Assembly (NCBI GenBank): GCA_018333725.1
Contig: JAGXSM010000094.1
Span: 1 to 41,933 of the forward strand
DNA from: Melioribacter sp.
Lineage (GTDB): Bacteria; Bacteroidota; Ignavibacteria; Ignavibacteriales; Melioribacteraceae
Reading direction: 5' to 3'
DNA: 41,933 bases
The notes beneath the pieces are model-generated. The model searched no databases and was not told where the DNA came from. It was given only the letters and a program-made list of their open reading frames with translations. Position numbers and translations under genes: made by a program. Positions 1 through 9,100 of this stretch are shown here, in pieces. Each line of letters begins with the position of its first letter. Positions within the stretch are counted from its first letter, which is position 1.

Positions 1-51
1 GGAAGACTATTAATCGAGCTTAATATTTTATCAATTAAATTCATAGAGCAA

Positions 52-369
52 CTAAATTGTTTCGCTATCATTAAAAATGAGCGCAAGCTCTATCAGCTCG
101 CTCTCCTGGTAATTTCTTGGCTGCCAATTGATTCTGTTTTTTAGAATTGACATCCCCTCTTCCGATAATTCGTAATTTGGGGAAGCCGTTTCTTCTGATT
201 CAGATTTTATCGATATCTTTTTAATGCCCCAAGTTTTTAAAATTAATTTGTGTTTCTCTTCCAAAATCAAACCGCTGCCTAATAGAACTTGACCATTTCT
301 ATTCTTTACCGGTTCTGTTAACTCCATTCCGGATTCTATTTCGGAAACGTTAATTACTCTAGTTGCCAT
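52..369 (-). CDS. hypothetical small protein (105 aa)
   Basis: Complete ORF with an ATG start and a TAG stop. The N-terminal pattern VINVSEIESGMEL...NGQVLLGSGLIL resembles short modules seen N-terminal to some signalling proteins, but I recognise no catalytic motif. Confidence 0.45.
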   Translation of the reverse strand: MATRVINVSEIESGMELTEPVKNRNGQVLLGSGLILEEKHKLILKTWGIKKISIKSESEETASPNYELSEEGMSILKNRINWQPRNYQESELIELALIFNDSETI

Positions 370-457
370 ATTAACCTGTTATTATCATATATAATTATCG
401 CTCTAAATTAAGATTTATTGATTAGTTAATGTAGCCTCCAAAAGGAGCCGAGGGCTA

Positions 458-2857
458 TTATTTATCCAATCGAAAAATTCTGTAACCAAAACCAGCAATC
501 CAAGTTTCAAAAAGATCTCCTTTAATCGGTATTTTTTCTTCTGATAAAAGATCTATTATTATATTTATTCCATAGAACCGCGGTAACTTTAATGATACTT
601 TTTGCCTCTCTGGATTTTTATTGAGCACAATTAGAATCCTTTCATTCACATCAGACCGGACATATGCGTAAATATTTTGATTACTTTGAAGGGTATAAAA
701 ATCACCGTATCGTAATGCTGGATGTTTCTTTCTTAGATTAATAATCTTTCTCACATCTTCAAGCATTTTCTTTTCATAGATACTCAAATCATCTCCGAAC
801 CGCATCATTCTTCTATTATCCGGATCTGATGCGCCGGTCATTCCGAATTCGCTTCCATAATAAATCACCGGAAGACCCGGGATAGAATTCATATAAGCAT
901 AATAAATTTTTGCCTTTTCATACGAAGCCGGGCTATCAACTTTTGGCGGGTTATTCCATCCTTCTTCAACCGCGCTCCATTGAGTAACATCAAGATCGCC
1001 ATCGGCAAATGCCATAAAACGGTTCTTGTCGTGACTATCCATTATGTTGCCCATCAAATTATTCTCACCGTAAACCAGAAATGATTTTTTAATCTCTGCA
1101 TCAAGAGATGCAAATGAAATTTGGGGATCAAGAAATGTTGGAAGAGCAACATCATAAACATTAAAATTGAACTGGGCGGAGAGTTGACCGTTATTAACAT
1201 ACGAACTTATTAACTCGTAACTTCCAAATGTTTCGCCTATCTGATATACTTTTTTCTTCTGTGGAATTTCAACTTCGGTTTTAATTCTTTTAGTAAGTGC
1301 GCGCCAGAATTCATTCGGTATATGTTTTACTGCATCCTGTCGGAATCCATCCGCACCGGTTTCTTTCATCCACCAGACAGTATTGGAAGTCATAAAATCA
1401 ATTGCGTCTTTCGATCCGACAAAATTAAACTTCGGTAAGTACGGTTCAAACCATGTGGTTAAACGGTATTCGTCCCATAAGCGCAAATTCATTCGTCCAT
1501 CAGGTAATTTTAGTTCGCCAAACCATTCAGGTTTTTCTTTGAACAGTGGATGGTTCTGATGAACATGATTAGCAACTATATCAAGAAGAATCTTTATTCC
1601 TCGTTTATGCGCCGCAGTAATTAATTCTTTCAGCTTTTCAAGATTGCCGAATTTTTCTTCAGTATTAGTAGAGTTAATCGGCCAGTAACCGTGGTATCCG
1701 GAGAACCACCTATGCGGTGCCGGGGCTTCTTTAAAAGCTTCATTAGGATTGTCGTAAACGGGTGAAAGCCATATTGTATTTATACCGAGCGAATCAAAAT
1801 ATCCTTCGTTAATTTTATTGATGATCCCCTGGAAATCGCCTCCCATGTAATTTGCTTTTGAGGAGAGAGAATCGTGCATGATTGGATTGTTAATAGATTT
1901 ATCTCCGTCGTTAAACCGGTCAATCATAAGTGAATAAATAATTGCATCGTTCCACAAAAATTTATCACTCCCTCCAGCCGGTTTTCCATCAATTAAAAAT
2001 ACCGACTGAATGTTTGACGACGTTCCATTTACACTTACAGCAACTCTGATAATCTGTTTCTTCTCCAGTTCGGTCCTGCTCGGGGTTATGCTTATTCTAT
2101 TTCCAGATATACTTATTTTCTTTTTATCGATCTTGCTATTATCAAGAAGTGCAATTACATTTTCTGCACTAATCGTTCCCGTGTAGAATTCATTTTCATA
2201 ATAAAAATTAAATTCTGATTCGTTCTCCCTATTTTCATATTTAAGAAGATGTAAAAAGTTTTTACCTCCCTTCTCTTCTTCAACAACAAAAACAGAATTA
2301 TAATCACCCATTCCATTCGGTACTCTTACATTATTCACCGGATCGATCAGTTCTTCACCATCACCAAAAAATTTGTATTGATATCTCCCCGGTTCAAGAG
2401 GAACATCTATTTCAAATATTCCGTCATTATTATCATCGGTCATTGGTAAATTAGTTCTGTTCCATCCGTTAAAACTTCCAAAGAGATTTAGAACTTTATA
2501 ATTTTTCTCCGGCTTATATGCAAAATTAAATTTGCGAAGAACTTTAGAACGAACAGGTATTGAATAAGTTGTTCCATCATGAACAAAATCGACCAATGTG
2601 ATTCCGGAAAATTTTTCATCGGGCCGAAAATGAATCATGCCGGAAGTTTTATTATAAGTTACCGTAACATTTTCGTTATCAACAAAACTCACATCATAAT
2701 TATCCGAATAGAATAGATCGGAAATGAGAATTGAATCAGATTTGCCGGCGGTTAAGTTTATCGGACTTATAATGTCGGTTATTTCATTTTTAATTGAGGA
2801 ACATGAAGAGGATATAAATAGAATTACCGCAGTAATTACAAAACTCACTTTACGCAT
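458..2857 (-). CDS. GH13 alpha-amylase-family glycoside hydrolase (neopullulanase/cyclomaltodextrinase-like) lipoprotein with a CBM48/E-set-like domain
   Basis: 799-aa ORF with a lipoprotein-type signal (LFISSSCSS). A CBM48-like stretch is present (FGSFNGWN...GRYQYKFFGDG). GH13 conserved regions are present: DAIIYSLMIDRF, GIKILLDIVANHV, GADGFRQDAVKHI, YQIGETFG, MDSHDKNRF. Confidence 0.9.
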   Translation of the reverse strand: MRKVSFVITAVILFISSSCSSIKNEITDIISPINLTAGKSDSILISDLFYSDNYDVSFVDNENVTVTYNKTSGMIHFRPDEKFSGITLVDFVHDGTTYSIPVRSKVLRKFNFAYKPEKNYKVLNLFGSFNGWNRTNLPMTDDNNDGIFEIDVPLEPGRYQYKFFGDGEELIDPVNNVRVPNGMGDYNSVFVVEEEKGGKNFLHLLKYENRENESEFNFYYENEFYTGTISAENVIALLDNSKIDKKKISISGNRISITPSRTELEKKQIIRVAVSVNGTSSNIQSVFLIDGKPAGGSDKFLWNDAIIYSLMIDRFNDGDKSINNPIMHDSLSSKANYMGGDFQGIINKINEGYFDSLGINTIWLSPVYDNPNEAFKEAPAPHRWFSGYHGYWPINSTNTEEKFGNLEKLKELITAAHKRGIKILLDIVANHVHQNHPLFKEKPEWFGELKLPDGRMNLRLWDEYRLTTWFEPYLPKFNFVGSKDAIDFMTSNTVWWMKETGADGFRQDAVKHIPNEFWRALTKRIKTEVEIPQKKKVYQIGETFGSYELISSYVNNGQLSAQFNFNVYDVALPTFLDPQISFASLDAEIKKSFLVYGENNLMGNIMDSHDKNRFMAFADGDLDVTQWSAVEEGWNNPPKVDSPASYEKAKIYYAYMNSIPGLPVIYYGSEFGMTGASDPDNRRMMRFGDDLSIYEKKMLEDVRKIINLRKKHPALRYGDFYTLQSNQNIYAYVRSDVNERILIVLNKNPERQKVSLKLPRFYGINIIIDLLSEEKIPIKGDLFETWIAGFGYRIFRLDK

Positions 2858-2926
2858 TTTTACTCCGCTGCTTAAAAATCTTCGGGGGTAAAATACAGAA
2901 ATAAAATTCTATGAAGAAAGCCGGGT

Positions 2927-3574
2927 TTAATTTGATGTGCTGTTAGCCGAGATGAACTCTCCCAATTCGTCCAGACAAGATAAATACTTAACGTTTGGAT
3001 ATTTACTTAAAATTTCCGATTGCCCGCCCGAAAGAGCTTGACCGCCAACCAGTATTTGTAAGTTTGGTTCAACATGATGAATCTGTTCAATTAATTTGAG
3101 AAGCCGGCTAATATTGATGTAGAAATTATTTGATATACCAACAACATCTGGTTTCTTTTCTTTTATAAGATCAATTAAAGTTGATTGCGGTGTGTTAGAA
3201 CCGAGGTATAAAGTTTTCCATCCGCTAACTTCAAAGAAACCGGCTACCATCCTTGCACCAAGTTCATGATATTCTTTATCAATACAAGTAATAATTGCAA
3301 GTTTATCGGTATTGTTACCGTTCAAGAAACGACTGGTAGTTGTTTCTATTAGGGATTCGGTAATTTTTGTTGCAATGTGTTCATCGGCTATAGAGCATCT
3401 TTCTTTTTCCCACATTTGCCCTATACGGTACATTGATCGTTGAAAGAGCTGAACATAAATTTCTTTTAAGGGAACATTGCTCTCAACTAAATCCGATACA
3501 ATCTGGAAACACTGTTTTTTATCGCCTTTTAGAAGGGAGTCTAAATAATGTAAATATATTGCTTCTGATATCAT
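2927..3574 (-). CDS. stand-alone cobalamin-binding protein (B12-binding_2 helical bundle + B12-binding Rossmann domain, CarH-C-terminal-like)
   Basis: 215-aa ORF. It has W55-x9-E65-H66 (MWEKERCSIADEH), the E-x-H-x-x-G cobalamin ligand motif (KEYHELG, H103), and a later LVGGQ. No N-terminal DNA-binding domain is present. Confidence 0.8.
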   Translation of the reverse strand: MISEAIYLHYLDSLLKGDKKQCFQIVSDLVESNVPLKEIYVQLFQRSMYRIGQMWEKERCSIADEHIATKITESLIETTTSRFLNGNNTDKLAIITCIDKEYHELGARMVAGFFEVSGWKTLYLGSNTPQSTLIDLIKEKKPDVVGISNNFYINISRLLKLIEQIHHVEPNLQILVGGQALSGGQSEILSKYPNVKYLSCLDELGEFISANSTSN

Positions 3575-3640
3575 AAACTTTTTAATACAATTAACAATTA
3601 ATAAACGCTAATCCCGTGTAAATAATTCCCCAAAAGATAA

Positions 3641-4309
3641 TTATTTTTTATACGTACTAATGTATAGAGCCATTTTATAAGAAGTGTAGGCAAAGAAAGG
3701 GGCTGCAACAACATCAATTGTATAATGAACATGCTGGATTAATACTGCGGCTGCAACAAGAATTGTATTTACAAGAAATATCTTTTTAAGATTTTTATTC
3801 CGGCTTGTTAAATAAAAAATAAGCATGGTAGCAACATGGCCGGAGAAGAATAGGTCTCGGTGAAGTGTTTCACCTCCTCCAAAAAATTCTACAAAAGGAT
3901 CTGTCAATGAAATAGTTGTAGCTGGTGCATCCAGAGGCAATAAAAATATAGTACAAAAACGGAAGAAGAAAACAAGACTGTATGATTGAAGTGCAACAAG
4001 AAAATCCTCAGGGTAATAGGAAAGTGAAACCAGTGCAACAATTAATGAAAGGTAAATCAAACCAAATGTAAACCACGTTACATCAACCGGACTAAATAAG
4101 TTTAATAACGGATCTTTGAACGCAAATCCGGAAAGCTCTTCATTATAATCCAGAAACCGTGCAAGTGAGAACAAAACAGCAACAAGCACAATTACGGTAA
4201 TCAAAAACCGATACCTGAACCCGGGGTTAAGGAATCTTTCCCGCCATGCAGATTTTATTTCAGTTAAATTTATCAATAATATGTAAAGATTATTAAATGT
4301 TGGGGGCAA
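3641..4309 (-). CDS. PAP2_C / sphingomyelin-synthase-like integral membrane phosphotransferase (putative)
   Basis: 222-aa ORF with multiple hydrophobic segments. It has D-x3-S-G-H (RDLFFSGHVA) and H-Y-T-x-D-V (HVHYTIDVVAAP) motifs. The start is a TTG at 4309, so the exact start is uncertain. Confidence 0.6.
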   Translation of the reverse strand: MPPTFNNLYILLINLTEIKSAWRERFLNPGFRYRFLITVIVLVAVLFSLARFLDYNEELSGFAFKDPLLNLFSPVDVTWFTFGLIYLSLIVALVSLSYYPEDFLVALQSYSLVFFFRFCTIFLLPLDAPATTISLTDPFVEFFGGGETLHRDLFFSGHVATMLIFYLTSRNKNLKKIFLVNTILVAAAVLIQHVHYTIDVVAAPFFAYTSYKMALYISTYKK

Positions 4310-4464
4310 AATACGGATGCAATATAAAAAAGTAAAACAAGAGGCGTGCTACCCATTTGCAATTGATTTACATCATCCCCATTAACTTGATGCTAATGAT
4401 ATTAATCAATAATTTAATTGCGAAATTTTTACTAATTACTCCACCCGAAATACCGGAGCATAAA

Positions 4465-5505
4465 ATGAGAGCTTATTTGAAAATTGTTCTGTCTGCAATT
4501 CTGGTTTTACTTACAATTGTAAGTTGCGATGAGAAAAAAGATGACGATTCAAATCCCACCAATCCAACCACCAGTGATAATCCTTTTCCCAATATTAAAG
4601 TAGTTAAACGGATAACGGGGTTAAACGGCGGAGAAGCAGTTGAAGCTATTAACAGCGCTTTATACGTTGGCGACTTAACGGGTCTTTCCATCTACAGAAT
4701 TTCCGACCCCGAAAATCCCGAGTTCAGAAAAAAAATTGCACTTACTACTGTTTATGATCTATATGCTAAAAGATACGATAACTCCACGCTTAACTTATTT
4801 GCCGGATGCGGCGGAAACGGATTAACTATTTTCGAAATTCATGGTAATGCATATCTCGATCCAATCACTAAATCGTTTGTAGCCGGAGGATTTTACAGCG
4901 ATATTGAATCGGAAGGTTCGCGGCTTTATGTTGCATCTCAGCTAAGCCGCGGTGTTAGAGTTTTTAATATTGCCAATGCATATCAGCCAACCATGGAATT
5001 TTCTATTGATCAACAAGCCAATTCAACCGGTGTTGCAATTACTAATCTGGGAGATTTGATTGTTGTTGATTACGATGGTAAAGTAAAATTTTATGACACA
5101 GTAATTTTACCAACAGTTCCGGCAACTTCGCAAAAAATTAGTATTAATGCCAAATTGCTTTCGGTTTCTACAACAGATGATTGGGCGTGCATAGGTGCAG
5201 AAAGCGGAGTCTATTTTGTTCAGCCCGTTAGCAGTCGGCAAGGATTTCCGGCAGTTAGGTCGAGTTTGTTAATTGGCGGAGATGTGCACGATTCAAAAAT
5301 TCGGTATAAGCAGAGCACAAATAAATATTATGCATTTCTTGCCGCCGGTAATAAAGATCTTGTAATTGTTGATGTTACAGATGTTTCTAATCCGAAAATA
5401 GTTAAAGAGCTTGCTCTCGAAGGTAACGCACGTTCAATTGTTTTATACGGTAACTATGCTTACATAGTTGGTGATTCTGATTTGAATGTAGTTAAGTTTG
5501 AGTAA
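4465..5505 (+). CDS. LVIVD-repeat beta-propeller lipoprotein
   Basis: The ATG at 4465 gives MRAYLKIVLSAILVLLTIVSCDE, a lipoprotein signal plus Cys. Repeats such as GLSIYRISDPENPEF, GVRVFNIANAYQPT and DLVIVDVTDVSNPKIV match the LVIVD repeat pattern. The track ORF from 4357 starts at a TTG and adds 36 non-signal residues. Confidence 0.65.
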   Translation: MRAYLKIVLSAILVLLTIVSCDEKKDDDSNPTNPTTSDNPFPNIKVVKRITGLNGGEAVEAINSALYVGDLTGLSIYRISDPENPEFRKKIALTTVYDLYAKRYDNSTLNLFAGCGGNGLTIFEIHGNAYLDPITKSFVAGGFYSDIESEGSRLYVASQLSRGVRVFNIANAYQPTMEFSIDQQANSTGVAITNLGDLIVVDYDGKVKFYDTVILPTVPATSQKISINAKLLSVSTTDDWACIGAESGVYFVQPVSSRQGFPAVRSSLLIGGDVHDSKIRYKQSTNKYYAFLAAGNKDLVIVDVTDVSNPKIVKELALEGNARSIVLYGNYAYIVGDSDLNVVKFE

Positions 5506-5516
5506 TAATTTATTAT

Positions 5517-5589
5517 TTGTGTCTTCGTGTCTTTATGGCATGATTTGTTTTTCTATTTATTTAATTGCCATAGGGATGCGAAGACACAA
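5517..5589. repeat. 73-bp imperfect palindromic intergenic element between convergent genes
   Basis: Left arm is TTGTGTCTTCG(5517-5527)...ATGGCA(5535-5540). Right arm is TGCCAT(5566-5571)...CGAAGACACAA(5579-5589). The outer stem is 11 bp perfect and the inner stem 6-7 bp, around an AT-rich loop. No clear U-tract follows on either strand. Confidence 0.6.
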
Positions 5590-5650
5590 TGGTTTATCTT
5601 AATATTATTTTCTTATAAAAGAATTTTCCAAACAATCCGACTGAAGAAAG

Positions 5651-6115
5651 TTATTTAAGCTTACCGCCTATCTTCATAAAGAACTTTATAAACTTATGCC
5701 CAAAGTCAACCGGCTGTATATACATCATTGGGCATGCATAGATTATTGCATCAATTCCTTTGTCTTTGCAGAAATTTTCTGCTTCCTGATCATAACTTCC
5801 CTGTCCGAATGATCTGTGGAACCAGACTTTATTAATACCAAGTTCAGCGCATTCTTTTACAACATCCAATGATTGATCGGGATGAGTGGAAATAAATACA
5901 GCATCGGGTTTTGTTGGAACATTTTTTAATTTGCGATAACATTTCTCTCCCTCAATCTCATCAACATGCGGATTAATTGCAAATACATTATAACCGGCGT
6001 TCTTAAATTTCTTGTAAACTAAATTTCCCACAGCGCCTTGCGGTTTTCTCGACATTCCGGCAACGGCAATATTTTTCTGTTTTAAAAATTCTTCGATTAA
6101 TTGAGTTGTGTTCAT
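5651..6115 (-). CDS. CoA-binding domain protein (YccU/CoA_binding_2-like)
   Basis: 154-aa ORF with IAVAGMSRKPQGAVGNLVYKKFKNAGYNVFAINPH, typical of small CoA-binding Rossmann proteins. It starts 17 nt after the stop of the giant upstream gene. Confidence 0.8.
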   Translation of the reverse strand: MNTTQLIEEFLKQKNIAVAGMSRKPQGAVGNLVYKKFKNAGYNVFAINPHVDEIEGEKCYRKLKNVPTKPDAVFISTHPDQSLDVVKECAELGINKVWFHRSFGQGSYDQEAENFCKDKGIDAIIYACPMMYIQPVDFGHKFIKFFMKIGGKLK

Positions 6116-6132
6116 ATCCCCATCTATTTTAT

Positions 6133-9100
6133 TTAGAGTTTCCTTGCTATTACTACAGGTAGTTTTATCAAATCGTTTTGTCCGGAGTCAGTTACAATTT
6201 CTATAAGCAATATATAAATTCCTATTCTTAGTGCACGCCCACTATCATCAAGTCCATTGAATATTACAGAGTTACTTGGACCGGAAGGACGGTTGTGTGC
6301 TACGGTTCTAACAAGCCGTCCCTGGCTATCGAATACTTTAATTCGAACCTGCGCAAGTTTTTGAGCAAGGTTAAAATTGATTGTTGCAAAGTCTTCGAAT
6401 CCATCATTATCGGGTGAAAACGGATTTGGTGTTATTACCGCTTTCGATTCTGTTACAATTGTTTCAGTAAATATTGAATTTGATTTTCCGGGTGAAGCTC
6501 CATCCTGTGCAACAGATGAGCTCCAGTTTGTGTTGTCGTTCGATCCTAACAATGGATTAAGCCGTTCAATTGATCTGTTCTTTGTTGTTAATAAATTTTT
6601 ATTATGCCATTTAGGCGAATAGTAAACCGAATCGAGCTTTGTGTTGCGCGCATCTTTAATAACAAGCATTGAACCATCATTAGACAAGCTTAGCGAACTA
6701 TTGAAAAGTAGATAATTGCCTGGTTGTTTAAGATAATTGTAGCTGTTATAAATTGCAGAGTCACTTGCAAAAATTAAGTAAGAGCGCGGTGGAATTTTGT
6801 ACCACGTCCTGGATAGAGGAATTAATTTATTGCTTCCGTAAATTAAATTCATTCCTCCAATTTGGATTGAATCTGATGATGTGTTAAAAAATTCAATAAA
6901 CTCAGAATTACCCGTTGATGGATCGAACATAATTTCGTTTATAATTAAATCCCCCTTCAGATATTGAGGAACAAAGGAAATTGAATTCTGAAATCCCGGT
7001 GTCGCTCCATAACGATTTAGAGATGTTGTCCAGTTAGTGCTATCCGTTGATGCGGCATTCAACAAAACTCGTTCAAGCGAAAATCCTTTAGCTCCGCCCC
7101 ATTTCGAACTATACATAAAGCTATCTATTACTGCACCGCGGAAATCATATATAGCAACTCCATCGCTGGTATTACCGAGTGTGCCAAATTTAACCTGAAG
7201 AAAATTTTTTGGGGGAATGAACATAAATTTATTTGTGTCCGGTGTTAGAACTGCATATTCGCCCGGCTGCAAAATTTTATTTACGCTAGAGATAGAGATT
7301 TTTGTAATTGAAGGAACAAGGTCTGCTACTTTCCAGTCCTTCAGATTTATTTGTGTGCCTGAGTTATTTACAATTTCAATCCACTCCGGTTCACCATCGA
7401 GCGGATTGTACATAATTTCACTTACCAGAACAGAATTCCTTTTATAACCGGCATTTACATCAGCAACGTAAAAATTATTAAGATTATCCATGTCTTTATC
7501 AAAAAGAACCTTGCAATAAACGCGTCTCGGATTATCTAGTTTTATTTTGGAAGATGATAAGATAAGAACAGAGTCTTTTGATGATAAATTAGAACCGTTT
7601 CTCTGACTGAAATATGAAGTGTCGTTACCCGAGATGAAATAAAATTGAACAGTAAATTGATCGGCGGATTTTATTCCGTTATTAAAAACTTTTGCTGCAA
7701 TGTTAACATCTTCATCAAACGAAGCATAAAGTGGAACAATAGAAATTCCGGTTATAGTTAAATCGTAATCTTTGGGTGCAAGACTGTTAATTCTACCCGG
7801 TGTGCTTAACTCAATATCTTTTGACGAACCCCAGTTGAGCCGGTCGTTTGATGCGCCGGTTAAGTTAATTCTCTCCAGTGATTTTCCGTTTTCACCGCCC
7901 CAGGATTTGTCGTAACGGACAGAATCAATTGTTCCACCGTTCGCATCTTTAATTACAACGCCGTCTGCATCGTTATTAAGATTTGCAAATGTGTTAATAA
8001 GTAGCTGTGAAGGGATCGATCTGTGGAAATTATTAATAACTCCGTCTTTTGATATTACTAAAAATGAATTAGGTGGAAATGTAACTCCTTTTGGTTGAAG
8101 TTTTGTTTTAACCGGCGTAGTTAAAATATCTGTAACGGACCATTCTTCCAGATCAACATTATAAATCGATTTATTATAGAGCTCTATCCACTCCGGTTCG
8201 CCATTAGTAGGATTATACATTATCTCATTTACTACAACAGAATTCCTCGGGTAACCGGGAATGACTGAAAAGCGGTACCGGTTATTTGTTGTATCTTCAT
8301 CCAGCGGGTAATCAGCAAAATATTCAAAAGTCCTTTTTGAGGTTAACGATTGAATTTCATATTCCATTTGTGAAAGAAACATAGCTCCATCTTCCAGGTT
8401 AAATACTTCTACTCTATTCTCTTTCAAAAATAATTTACTTCCGTCATTTAGTATTTCATAGAGTTTGCAGTTGAATAATGCTGTATTTTTACTCGGATTC
8501 CAGAACAAAATATTTATCTTTACCTTCTGACCAATCAAGGGTTTTGAAGGAGAAACATTTGACCATAATAATACAACATCATAATTCTTTTTTGACCATG
8601 AATTTATTTTACCCGGAGTTCCTCTCGCATTCTTTGTGGTTGTCCAGTTAGTTGAATCCGTTGAAGATTTTTCTGCGGCAATTCTTTCCAGCGATTTACC
8701 CGATGAACCGCCCCATGATGACCGGTAATAAAGCGAATCGATTGTTCGGTTCAATGAATCCGAAATAGCGACTCTATCCCCGCTGTTATTAAGCGATGGT
8801 AGCGATGCGATTATCACCTTACTAAGGTTAGTATAAAAAGAATAGATGCTGGTATCTCTGGCAACCACAACATATTCTTCCGGTTGAATTAAAAAATCTT
8901 TTGTTGTAATTGTCGCTTTTGTTGCATCATCTGCAACCTGGTATTTTCTAAGATTAATTGTTTTATTACTCTTATTAAAAATTTCTATCCACTCCGGTTC
9001 GGGTGAAGTTGGTGCATACATAATTTCATTTATTACAAGATCGCCCCGTACTTCGTTTAATTGAACCCCATTAATGTTAAACAGAGCAATGTTGTTGTCG

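Noticed and set aside
1-44. Possible start of another minus-strand gene (ATG at 44-42, MNLIDKILSSINSL...), 8 nt after the stop of ORF 52-369.
   Set aside because: Only 14 codons are visible before the window edge, which is too short to support a call.
431-457. Hairpin-like GCCTCC AAAA GGAGCC downstream of the GH13 stop, considered as a possible terminator.
   Set aside because: The stem is only 4-5 bp with a bulge, and no T-run follows on the transcribed strand.
4357-4464. N-terminal 36-residue extension of the LVIVD lipoprotein ORF, from a TTG start.
   Set aside because: The internal ATG at 4465 yields a canonical lipoprotein signal peptide, whereas the extension would bury it.
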